Positions 9,536-19,298 of a stretch of DNA of 64,000 nucleotides are shown here, piece after piece. Position numbers and translations under genes: made by a program. The stretch is from an uncultured bacterium (GTDB lineage Bacteria > Zhuqueibacterota > QNDG01 > DSAB01): positions 10,130 to 74,129 of the forward strand of contig CAZTZL010000003.1 of the NCBI GenBank assembly GCA_964617625.1, written 5' to 3'. The notes beneath the pieces were generated by a model. That model saw only the letters and a program-made list of their open reading frames with translations, was not told the origin of the DNA and ran no database searches. The number at the start of each line of letters is the position of its first letter. Within the stretch, counting starts at the first letter, position 1.

Positions 9536-11959
9536 TTATTGGAAAACGATCTTCTTTTCCGCGCCGTTGTACTTTACAGCCTTTTCACCCTTCTCAGTCG
9601 TTTCAATGCCTGTTCCATGTTCTGGCGACACAATGACGACTCGAAATACTCTCTGATCCAGCATCCCGGGGAACGAACCTTCCCTATCGCCGATGGTTAA
9701 AGCTTTCTTTTCATCATCCCATCGAAAAGTGATCGTTGAATACGATCCTTTCTCGTAATTGTAATTGTCGTTTTCGTCCTCGTACAGCGTGAACTCACCG
9801 TCTGCACCGGGGTACACTCTTATTTCAAGGTTATTCCAATTTTTCTCTGTGGCATATTGCACTTCAGGACCGATTGGAAATATGGACCCTGCTTTCACAT
9901 ACAATGGAATGATGTCAATCGGAACTTCTTTTTTCAGCGTTTGTCCGCCATTATATCTTTCACTGGTCCAGAAATCGATCCAATCCGTTCCTTTGGGCAG
10001 ATAAACATCTGTATCTTTTATCGTGCTAAAATCTTCAACATTGGTCGTGTCGGCATTATCTACACTGATTTTTGAATACATAGGTTTTGTGACAGGGCAG
10101 ACCATTAGCGACTTGCCGAACATATACTGGTTATTGATATCCAAAGCCTGTACATCCCCGGCAAAATCCATCACCAGAGCGCGCGTCATGGTCGACTGAT
10201 TGGACGTTACATCCCAGGAAGTAGCATAGATATAGGGCAGCAGACGGTAACGCAGGCGGATTGCCTTTTCTATGGCATCATAAATCCGGTCCCCTTTTTG
10301 GCCGAACTGATAAATCTCACGCGGGGCATCGGTTCCGTGCGAGCGCATCATGGGACAGAAGGCACCGAACTGCATCCATCTGGCATAGAGTTCCCTATAA
10401 TTTGCATCGTCGAGCTTTTTGGGGAAATTCCAGAGGAAGAATCCGCCGATATCACTGTTCCAGTAGGGAATACCGCAGAGTGAAAAGTTTAATCCCGCCG
10501 AAATTTGATTTTTCAGTGCATCCCATGACGCCACCACGTCCCCCGACCAGGTATTGGCGCCGCAGCGCTGTTGGCCTGCGAATGCCGAACGCGTGAGTAT
10601 GAACACACGTTTGTCGGATGTGACCGAACGCTGATGATCATACAAACCGCCCACGGTCATTAAGGGAAAAGCATTGCGTACTTTACGGAACGATCCCAGC
10701 CAGGTTTGGTTGTCAAAATCGGAAGGCTTGAAATACATGTGATCCGGTTCCGATGAATCCATCCACCAGCCGTCCATGCCAAGCGAGAAGATGCCCTTAT
10801 TCAGATACTTCCAGTAGATATCCCGTGCCTGAGGATTGTAAGGATCGTAAACCTTTACACCGGAAGGATAATCCAGTCTGGGCGGCCATTTTTCAGAACC
10901 GGATGCCGGCCAGGTAATAAAGTCCATAAGCGCGCCAATCTGATCCAATTCTTTATATTGTTTTGTGTGAGGACCGAACGAATTCCATATTGAGATAATC
11001 ATATGCGCATTTAAGTTGTGTACATCATCAACCATTTGTTGTGGATCATAAAATTCTGGGTTAAGGAATTCCATGGCGTTCCAAAGGTAATTGTTGCCCC
11101 AGTACTGCCAGTCCTGAATGATGCCGTCGAGTGGAACGTCCAGTTCGCGGTATTTTTTGACCACACCAACTGTTTCGTCCTGACTTTTATAACGCTCTTT
11201 GCTTTGAAAATAACCAAAAGTCCACAACGGGAACATCGGCACCTGGCCCGTGAGATCGCGCATACAGGCGATCACGCCATCGGCATCGTTGCCGACCATA
11301 AAATAATAATCGATACAATCGCCCACATCTGATTTGAAGAACGTGTTTTCCGGACTGTCTTTAAAAACGGTTGGCGAATAATTATCCCAAAACATCCCGT
11401 AACCTTTTGCGGACACAAAAAATGGAATGTAATCATCCGTGTTTCCCTGAATCATTCTTAATTTCAGGTTGCGCTGCACCATTTTACCTTGCTGCTGCAT
11501 GCCCAATCCATAAATGGCTTCGTCTTTATCCAATACAAAGGATTGAGAGACGCTGTAGGTTTTCACACCCGCATCATTGAAATCTGTAAACGCAGCACCA
11601 CCTTCTTCTTCGGCTAACAACAACTCGCCCGCGGAAGTTTTAAAAGACAGTCTGCCGTTTATAAGGTTCAGGATCACCTGAATATTCCTGTTTTGCAGTG
11701 AAAGTTCATCACCTATCTGTTTAATATCAAAATCAGTTTTTTGCGGCGTCGCGATAACCGAAAGGCTTTTTTTATCATAAGTACTACACTCAGGTGATTT
11801 CAAAATCCTGATTGTCGATGGATTATAGAACTGGATTTCAACATCAACAGCATTGATCATGGATTTGGCACCCAAATCTGTTTTCTGATAGACCTGCGCT
11901 CCGGCGCTGTTTATCAAAAAGAATACAGATAATAGATCTATTAAAAACTTTCGAGTCAT
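9536..11959 (-). CDS. GH31 alpha-xylosidase/alpha-glucosidase
   Basis: 807 aa. GH31 nucleophile motif GMDGWWMDSSEP and the second catalytic region AFCPMMRSHG. Signal peptide. Confidence 0.85.
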   Translation of the reverse strand: MTRKFLIDLLSVFFLINSAGAQVYQKTDLGAKSMINAVDVEIQFYNPSTIRILKSPECSTYDKKSLSVIATPQKTDFDIKQIGDELSLQNRNIQVILNLINGRLSFKTSAGELLLAEEEGGAAFTDFNDAGVKTYSVSQSFVLDKDEAIYGLGMQQQGKMVQRNLKLRMIQGNTDDYIPFFVSAKGYGMFWDNYSPTVFKDSPENTFFKSDVGDCIDYYFMVGNDADGVIACMRDLTGQVPMFPLWTFGYFQSKERYKSQDETVGVVKKYRELDVPLDGIIQDWQYWGNNYLWNAMEFLNPEFYDPQQMVDDVHNLNAHMIISIWNSFGPHTKQYKELDQIGALMDFITWPASGSEKWPPRLDYPSGVKVYDPYNPQARDIYWKYLNKGIFSLGMDGWWMDSSEPDHMYFKPSDFDNQTWLGSFRKVRNAFPLMTVGGLYDHQRSVTSDKRVFILTRSAFAGQQRCGANTWSGDVVASWDALKNQISAGLNFSLCGIPYWNSDIGGFFLWNFPKKLDDANYRELYARWMQFGAFCPMMRSHGTDAPREIYQFGQKGDRIYDAIEKAIRLRYRLLPYIYATSWDVTSNQSTMTRALVMDFAGDVQALDINNQYMFGKSLMVCPVTKPMYSKISVDNADTTNVEDFSTIKDTDVYLPKGTDWIDFWTSERYNGGQTLKKEVPIDIIPLYVKAGSIFPIGPEVQYATEKNWNNLEIRVYPGADGEFTLYEDENDNYNYEKGSYSTITFRWDDEKKALTIGDREGSFPGMLDQRVFRVVIVSPEHGTGIETTEKGEKAVKYNGAEKKIVFQ

Positions 11960-11985
11960 ACTATCATTCTCCTTTTTTATCTGGC

Positions 11986-13971
11986 TTACTTGGTTTCAAC
12001 ACATCCGATCCGAACATCATCAAATTTAGAAAGATTCAGCAAATGGCTGCTATGAGAAGTTACTTCGAGACCGATCAAATATTTTTCATTAAAAGATTGA
12101 GCCAATGTCACATCACTTAACAAATCCCATTGTTTCCCGTCGGTTGACTGGTAGGCCGCAAATGTTGATCCGTTTTTGGAAAGCTTGAAATAGACCGGCA
12201 AACCAGCTGCCTTAAAATCTTTTTTCTGGCAGGCGCTCCCGGTGTTTTTCCGCCACTGCAATGAAATTCCATTGCCGGGAGTCATGCATAGCATGACAAA
12301 TTTGCTACTGGGATCAAGACTTTCTCTGAACATCAAGCCTGTTTTGGCCCAGGGATCTGGATCGGTTTGGGAAAGAATCCGCGCCGAAATAGCATGGTCT
12401 CCAGCAGTTTCTCTGTTCAGAAAAGCAAACTGATCGCTTGCACTCCAGATGTCCGATCCTCCGGCTTCAATTGTGAAAACACCGGCTTGATAATCCACGG
12501 AGGCCTTATCATCTTTTATTTCATCAAATTTCCAGGGAGCCGGGACACTGGATGGGAGAATGTTCACCTGGCACGATGCATTGAATGCACCGTTTTCAGT
12601 GGTTGCCAGGATGGTACAGCGGCCTTCTTTATTCGCCGACAACCTATAGGCATGCACGCCGGCCATCGACACAGAGGCCACATCATCATCGGATGAGAAG
12701 ACCGAAACCGGTGTATTGGAAGGAATGACGGAAAGTTTCAGCAGTTTATGGTTACCTTTGTTGATTTCAATCGAGGATGGATCGAATTTCAAATCGGAGA
12801 CAAGCGCTTTTTCACCTTTGATTTTAACCACGATCACCCCATGCGGTTCGACTTCGGCTGTAAATGTATCGTTAACCGCATCGAGATTTTTCCGTTTCCA
12901 TAAATCGCGAACGGAACTCGAAACACCTTTTTTAAACCCGATTTCTTCGAGCATCACAGACATGGGAACGGAAGTGTCGGTCAGGTTCAGCAAAGCCACA
13001 GCAATCGAACCATCCTGAAGAGGTTTTTGCCAAACTTGCAGCCCGGCATCGTTCCTTAACCGCGTTCCCTGAATACCAAGAGGATCCTGATCGATGGCAA
13101 TAATCTCGGGAGCGGTGAGAATATCCCTGATGGTGTCATTCATGGTGCTGATGTTATTTCCGGCAATGAGGGGAGCCGCTAACATACACCACATGGCAAA
13201 ATGTGACCGGCATTCGACCGGTGTCAGGGCCTGATTCCCCACTTCAAGCATATCAGGATCGTTCCAGTGGCCGGGGCCGGCGAACAAGGCCAGATTGACA
13301 TTCCTTTCAAGAAGCGGAACCCAGCCTGCACCGCCCCAGTTTCTGACACAATCGTAACAATCCTGAATATCGCTGGTGGTACGCCACATGGAACCAATCC
13401 CTTCCGCCCATTCCCAGGGGCTTGAAACGCCCCATTCGCAAAGGCTCAGCAGCATGGGCCGGCCCGTCTCTTTGATGGCATCGCTCATGATCTGGTATTG
13501 AGTCCGGGTTTCGAGACCATCCGTATAACACCAGTCTTCTTTGATAAAATCCACACCCCATTCCGCATATGTTTTTGCGTCGATCATTTCATACCCGAAA
13601 CTACCGGGCCGTCCGCCGCATGTTTTTATCCCACAACAAGTGTAAATGCCAAATTTCAGGCCTTTCGAATGGACATAATCGGCTACATATTTTATTCCTT
13701 CCGGGAAACGGGTCGAGTCCGCTATAATTCTTCCGTTTTCATCCCGGTCAATCTGCCAACCGTCATCAATGACGATATATTCATAGCCGGCATCCGCCAT
13801 TCCCTTGGCCACCATCGAATCGGCCACAGCCATGACAATTGTTGAATTAATTTCCAGACCGAATGCATTCCAGGAATTCCAGCCCATCGGGGGCGTTTGG
13901 GCCAGCTCCGGGAATTGAGCGAAAACGGTTACATGAGATAAAAGTAAAAGAATCGGAAATATTTTCTTCAT
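11986..13971 (-). CDS. GH27 alpha-galactosidase with C-terminal Ig-like and beta-sandwich domains
   Basis: 661 aa. PPMGWNSWNAFG, IVIDDGW, LKFGIYT and KEDWC are the canonical GH27 N-terminal TIM-barrel motifs. A Big_2-like repeat follows. Confidence 0.85.
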   Translation of the reverse strand: MKKIFPILLLLSHVTVFAQFPELAQTPPMGWNSWNAFGLEINSTIVMAVADSMVAKGMADAGYEYIVIDDGWQIDRDENGRIIADSTRFPEGIKYVADYVHSKGLKFGIYTCCGIKTCGGRPGSFGYEMIDAKTYAEWGVDFIKEDWCYTDGLETRTQYQIMSDAIKETGRPMLLSLCEWGVSSPWEWAEGIGSMWRTTSDIQDCYDCVRNWGGAGWVPLLERNVNLALFAGPGHWNDPDMLEVGNQALTPVECRSHFAMWCMLAAPLIAGNNISTMNDTIRDILTAPEIIAIDQDPLGIQGTRLRNDAGLQVWQKPLQDGSIAVALLNLTDTSVPMSVMLEEIGFKKGVSSSVRDLWKRKNLDAVNDTFTAEVEPHGVIVVKIKGEKALVSDLKFDPSSIEINKGNHKLLKLSVIPSNTPVSVFSSDDDVASVSMAGVHAYRLSANKEGRCTILATTENGAFNASCQVNILPSSVPAPWKFDEIKDDKASVDYQAGVFTIEAGGSDIWSASDQFAFLNRETAGDHAISARILSQTDPDPWAKTGLMFRESLDPSSKFVMLCMTPGNGISLQWRKNTGSACQKKDFKAAGLPVYFKLSKNGSTFAAYQSTDGKQWDLLSDVTLAQSFNEKYLIGLEVTSHSSHLLNLSKFDDVRIGCVETK

Positions 13972-14017
13972 AAGGATGCCGCCTTCAGTTTATAAGATGA
14001 ATACTGGTCGCAATTTA

Positions 14018-15576
14018 TTATTTTGCCCATGCATCGCCCTCGGGTGACCGCCGCCAGGTGAAATAGCCATCCAGTATTTTAAGAGATTCTTTACTGGGCA
14101 CAGGTCCGATATGCGGTGTTTGACAAAAGTACATTACAACAGGATTGACATCGCTGAAGGCCGGCCACTGAGGTACTCCTTCACTGTTGGGATCGCCATA
14201 CTTGGCAAAATTGGTCCAATAAGTGGCCATTGCTTCCGAGATTGCTAGATCAAGCTCTGTTGTCTGTGGATTGGATGTATCGAGAGTTTTGAATACATAG
14301 CCCACATCTTGTCCGTGCGGCGATCCGTAGCCGTAACGGGGTGAGTCTTCGGGATAATCCGGGTGTTGATCGAAATAGTAAAAGTAAGCTTTGGATTTTC
14401 CCATCTTTGTCTGCAGACGCGCCCAGCTCCAGGTATGCCAGCCGAATGCGGCATCCCGGGCCAGATCCCGCGCTGTTTTCGGAACTGAATTCTTGCCAAC
14501 TGGATATGCCTTCAGCAGATCATTGGCAAACTTGCCGTAACGTGTTTTGACTCCTGCAATGTACTCTTTCGGGTCTTTGGTTCGTGTGAAGCTGGCGCCT
14601 TCGTCCGAGTTGTAACCCACGAGAATCGGCGTGTCATTAAATTTGCCCGCTTCGTAAAGCTTGTATTGATCGTCGGGAATCACCCTGCCATCGATGATCG
14701 GCCATGCCATGCCCTTTCCAAAACCGCTCATTGGCAGTTTATCGGCAGCAATTTCCCGTAACTCCGAAATGGACGAAACCCCGGCGCTGCTAACGTACGC
14801 TTGCCCGTCACGCTCTGCAACATCAAGACGTTTCATATTCTCGCCGGGATAAGTAGTGGGCCGCGGAGGTCCGAACGAGCCGCCGCTTTGTGAAATAGCG
14901 CCGTGAAATAGTCCTTTGGCCAACGGTGATGCGCACAACATGCTCACCGCGATTCCCCCGGCGGATTCGCCGAAAATCGTCACTTTATGGGGGTCGCCGC
15001 CAAACGCCGCAATATTCTTCTGCACCCATTGAAGCCCCGCAATCATATCCAACAAACCGTAATTGCCTGAAATATAATTTGGGTTTTCCGCGCTCAATTC
15101 CGGATGAGCCAAAAATCCAAGATATCCGACACGGTAGGCGATGCTGACCAGGACAACACCCTTCTTGGCAAGATGTTCACCGTTGTAAAAGGAGGTTGCC
15201 CCACCATTAAACCCACCGCCATAAATCCAGACGAGAACGGGAATCTTGTCGTTTGTGTATTTTGCCGGAGTCCAGACGTTCAGATAGAGACAGTCTTCAC
15301 TCTGTTTTGACCGATCTCCCCAATCCTGAATCGGATCGGGTCCAAATTGATCAGCCTGGAGGACGGTATCCCATTGGGCAACTGGTTGAGGCGCTTTCCA
15401 GCGCAGGTCGCCGACCGGCGGTGCGGCGAATGGAATGCCTTTAAAAACGGTTAATCCGTCTTCGGTCGTTCCCTGTACCAATCCACCATCCACTTTCACG
15501 AGTGAGGAAACCGGTTTGTTGCCGCATCCTGCAGCGAGCAGGACAGACATCGCGAATAAAATAATTATATTCTTCA
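14018..15576 (-). CDS. type-B carboxylesterase (COesterase family), lipoprotein
   Basis: GESAGG active-site motif. The likely start is the internal Met (MKNIIILFAMSVLLAAGC, ATG at 15576), not the track start at 15724. Confidence 0.8.
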
Positions 15577-15783
15577 TGAAATTGGTTTCCTTATTTATTA
15601 AATACCATTTGCCCTTAAACACTGAACACCCCGGCGTATTGAATTTTCTATTCATTACAAAATGGGCGTTGATTGTTGAATGAAAATCAACCTTATTACA
15701 ATTAAAAAATAATGAGCGATACAATTCTATTCTCTTTTATTTTAAATGTTGGTTTAATCGACGATTATATTGAATTATTCTTG

Positions 15784-17235
15784 TCATTGTTCTATAAAGT
15801 TCCAACGCGAGTTGTCGCTGTTTGGATCGAACCTGGCAAGCGTAGGAGTTCTCGCGCCGACAGCGGTCAGTACCAACGGCTCCCCTGAATTGGGGACAAT
15901 CTTTGGCATGATGCGGTATGTACCATCGATCATCCGGTCAATACGCCATAGTTGTTCGGGTGCTTTGATAAAGGCTGGAACCGTCACGACTTCACAATCT
16001 GCTGTTGCCGCCAGAGCGCGATCTGTCCCGGCAATAGTGATCTTGAACCAGGGCGAGCCGGGATAGCCGCCAACACTGTCAACCGGGGTGATTGCCCATT
16101 TCTGATGTGGACGAACCATAAAATCGCCCATGCGAACTTCGATGTTGCCGGTCGGCCAATCACTTATCACGTCGGCGAGCACCTGCGGTGGAACCGGCTT
16201 AATTGGTTCATTATTTTCGCGTCGAAACCAGCGCCTGGTGTGAGGCATTCGCACAAAATTGACGACCAATTCCAGGGCATAGCCGCTTCGCTCGGACCGG
16301 ATCTGATAAGTGCCTTCCTTAAAATTCTCCCCGCCAACAGGCCACCCATCTTTCCAAAGCAAAGGTTGAATGCTCAGCACACTCCGGCCACTTCTACGCA
16401 GATCGGCTTCGTAATGGCAGGAGAATTTCTCAACGCCGTCACCGAGATCCAGCAGGCCGAAGTGTCCCGCCCCGATCAAGGGACCATTGGCGGCCGCTAC
16501 GAGTTTGCCGCCGCCCCGGAGCATTGGGATATCCATGTTATCCAGGTACGGGCCGGTCACTTTCCGGGAACGTCCCACACGGATATTGTAGGTCGAGTTG
16601 GGGCCGTCGCAACAGGTACCATGAGTTCCAAGCAGATAGTACCAGCCGTCGCGATACATCATTGCTGTCGCTTCGCAGTCAATAGCAATATTCACGGGTT
16701 CGTTACCCGGCATCCGTTTCCCTGTTTTAGGATCGAGTTCGATTAGTCGGATGAAACCGAAATAAGTACCATAGGAGAGCCACAATCTACCGTCGGTGGG
16801 ATCGAGCAGGAACGCCGAATCAATAGCATCACAGTCTTCTTCACCGTCAGACGTGGCGACGATTGTTTCATCTTTAAATCCGAAATCGGGGGATTTGGGA
16901 TCAAGTGTTTTCGTCCACATTACGTAGACATTACTGGCGTGCCCACCTCCCAGTCCCCCACCGCCTTTGGCATACGTCATGTAGTAGCGGTCCCCGATGT
17001 GGATGACATCCGGAGCCACACCACCACCCGGACGCTCGGCGCCCCCGTGCCATATCCAGCCGTCTTCGGAAATTAGGCCGCCTCCGCCGGTTCCGAAAGT
17101 ATAATATTTGCCATCGCACAGCATGATGGTCGAGGGATCATGAATGTAAGGTTCGCCTTCCTGGGCGAATATCAGACCGGATAACCGCAGAAAGAACAGG
17201 ATGAAAACCGTTCCTTTCAGAAAATGGGATCTCAT
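15784..17235 (-). CDS. GH43-like five-bladed propeller glycoside hydrolase with C-terminal ricin-B (CBM13) domain
   Basis: YIHDPSTIM N-terminal motif and propeller repeats. The C-terminal region carries three QxW-type repeats (QKWAI, QLWRI, SRWNF). The start is probably the internal Met at 17235 (MRSHFLKGTVFILFFL...), not 17283. Confidence 0.65.
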   Translation of the reverse strand: MRSHFLKGTVFILFFLRLSGLIFAQEGEPYIHDPSTIMLCDGKYYTFGTGGGGLISEDGWIWHGGAERPGGGVAPDVIHIGDRYYMTYAKGGGGLGGGHASNVYVMWTKTLDPKSPDFGFKDETIVATSDGEEDCDAIDSAFLLDPTDGRLWLSYGTYFGFIRLIELDPKTGKRMPGNEPVNIAIDCEATAMMYRDGWYYLLGTHGTCCDGPNSTYNIRVGRSRKVTGPYLDNMDIPMLRGGGKLVAAANGPLIGAGHFGLLDLGDGVEKFSCHYEADLRRSGRSVLSIQPLLWKDGWPVGGENFKEGTYQIRSERSGYALELVVNFVRMPHTRRWFRRENNEPIKPVPPQVLADVISDWPTGNIEVRMGDFMVRPHQKWAITPVDSVGGYPGSPWFKITIAGTDRALAATADCEVVTVPAFIKAPEQLWRIDRMIDGTYRIMPKIVPNSGEPLVLTAVGARTPTLARFDPNSDNSRWNFIEQ

Positions 17236-17282
17236 AAATCCTCCTATTATAAAACGATTAAAGTCAACATAAGAACAATTCA

Positions 17283-18026
17283 TTAATTTCCGGTATTTTC
17301 AAAGCTTATTGTGAGATCCCTAACCGGGTCACCATTCTCGTCGATAAAACGAACACAGAAATCACTCATCCCGGGACCGTTAATGACAGCACCTCGAATG
17401 ATGTTTTGTCCTTTTTTGAGCGTTATGCGTTTGGAAACGAAATCATCCATAACCATACGGCGATCTCCTGTGAGAAGCAGGGTTTCCCCGCCATTGAGCC
17501 ACCACATGGACGCCGAATTGGAACCCACTGCCATGCGAACATTCTGCATCTCCCGCGGGCTGTCGACGATTGTAACGACCCAAAACAGGACACCGTACAT
17601 CTGCTTATCTAGGTTGGAAGCGAAGCGAAAAAGTTTGACATTGAAACCAGTGGCATCCAGAGCGTGCCATTTGAGCTCCCGGTCTCCGACTGTTACCTTG
17701 TCGCCCTCATGCGGAACCACGGTGAATTGAGCGGGAAAGTATCCGGCATTGAAGGTTTCCCGAATATAACTGTCGGTAAATACTGTGTTGGTACGGTTCG
17801 GTTTATCGATCGGTTCGAGAAGTAACCAGCGTCGCAGGAAACCATCTTCATCCGGAGTCCTGGGTGATGATGTCACTGGTGTAAAATATGGCATCTGACT
17901 GCCAATAGGATCACACAACTCTATGGTTTTTGCGACACCTTCAGATGTGGTGGAGCATCGTTGGAATGCTAATATTAAAACCGAAAGGCTGAGTACCAGT
18001 ATCATGATTTTTCTAGGTACATTCAT
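17283..18026 (-). CDS. hypothetical secreted protein (beta-sandwich-like), stop overlaps the start region of the downstream GH43
   Basis: 247 aa. Signal peptide MILVLSLSVLILAFQRCS. No recognisable catalytic motif. Its position between two GH43 genes suggests a carbohydrate-binding or accessory role. Confidence 0.4.
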   Translation of the reverse strand: MNVPRKIMILVLSLSVLILAFQRCSTTSEGVAKTIELCDPIGSQMPYFTPVTSSPRTPDEDGFLRRWLLLEPIDKPNRTNTVFTDSYIRETFNAGYFPAQFTVVPHEGDKVTVGDRELKWHALDATGFNVKLFRFASNLDKQMYGVLFWVVTIVDSPREMQNVRMAVGSNSASMWWLNGGETLLLTGDRRMVMDDFVSKRITLKKGQNIIRGAVINGPGMSDFCVRFIDENGDPVRDLTISFENTGN

Positions 18027-18089
18027 ATTGGTCTCCCTTATTGAAAAATATCTATTTTTAAAACCATTTTAGACTACGATGCAAATTTG

Positions 18090-19241
18090 TTACGGATGAT
18101 ACCGCGGTCCAAGGACCAGTTTATCGCCCGAATCATCGACTTCATAAATCTGCGGTTTACGTCGCCCTTTTTCTTCGGCATGGTGGATGATCAATAGCCT
18201 TTTTCCTTCAAAAGTTATGAACATCATTCCATGACCTGAATTATCCCCTTTAAAAGCCTCTGGTTCCTGAATCCATGGACCTTTAATGCTTCCTGATATC
18301 GAATAAGCCACACCCTGTGCATACCGATGTTCACCCCAGCTTGACCACAGCATTCCTAATTTACCGGTTTGCGTTCTGAACAGTTGAGGTCCGTCTGTCA
18401 CCCATCCCGGCATCTTCATACCGAAAGTGGCTTCACCGATGCTGTTCATCTCTTTGGACCATGCCGCCTCACTAGCACGGAAGATGGTAGTTGGTTCAGC
18501 GGTTCGATGTGTCAGATCTTTTGAAAGAGGCATATAATCCATGGTTCCGTCGATGAGCTGGGTCCACTCGTGCACGAAAACCATGTAGGTTGTGTCATTT
18601 TCCTGATAAAGTGTTCCATCAATGATATCCCAGTCTCTGGGACCCAGACAAAAATCATATTCGGGGACCAATGATTTAAATGGCCCTTCTGGCGAATCGG
18701 CTACCAAAAGCTGGGTTTGGTTCAGAGGCACGTTATAACGGCGTGGAACAGCTTCGATCAATGTTGTATGGTCGCTCCAGGTACCGGCCAGGTAATACTT
18801 ATCTCCAAATTGGTGAATCTCAGCCGCGGCGACCCAAAGACTGTCCATCCAGGTACCTGTAAGGTTGATAATCTTGTAAGGGCCTGTCCACATTTCCAGG
18901 TCTTTACTTTTATACAACCGGCCCCCTGTGCCTGTCAGATAATATGTTCTGGTTTTTTCATCGGGAAAAACAAAGGGATCGCTCATCATAATATCATCTA
19001 AGGATACCGTTTTAATTTCTGGTTCCGGGCGTGCTGGCCATGGCAGTCGTTTTGTTTTTGTCGTGCCGACATTACGTATCCTTCCGAAACTATTCTGTCC
19101 CGGGTCGGCGAGAGGCGCCTGTTCTCCCGGAACGAGTCGTTCTTTTTCTTCTGGCTGCTTTTTGTTTTTTGTCTGGGCTGTGGCTGATTGTATTAAAGTA
19201 AAGACAAGCAACATCGCAATAAAATACACTGCTTTCTTCAA
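18090..19241 (-). CDS. GH43 family glycoside hydrolase
   Basis: 383 aa. Signal peptide. SDPFVF and propeller-blade motifs of GH43/GH32-clan beta-propellers. Confidence 0.6.
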   Translation of the reverse strand: MKKAVYFIAMLLVFTLIQSATAQTKNKKQPEEKERLVPGEQAPLADPGQNSFGRIRNVGTTKTKRLPWPARPEPEIKTVSLDDIMMSDPFVFPDEKTRTYYLTGTGGRLYKSKDLEMWTGPYKIINLTGTWMDSLWVAAAEIHQFGDKYYLAGTWSDHTTLIEAVPRRYNVPLNQTQLLVADSPEGPFKSLVPEYDFCLGPRDWDIIDGTLYQENDTTYMVFVHEWTQLIDGTMDYMPLSKDLTHRTAEPTTIFRASEAAWSKEMNSIGEATFGMKMPGWVTDGPQLFRTQTGKLGMLWSSWGEHRYAQGVAYSISGSIKGPWIQEPEAFKGDNSGHGMMFITFEGKRLLIIHHAEEKGRRKPQIYEVDDSGDKLVLGPRYHP

Positions 19242-19298
19242 GCGGATAATCTCCTATAATAGATTAATTCCTTAACATTAATATGGATTTCGAATACG

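Noticed and set aside
15952-16746. 264-aa plus-strand ORF
   Set aside because: Antisense to the GH43-CBM13 gene and has no domain signatures.
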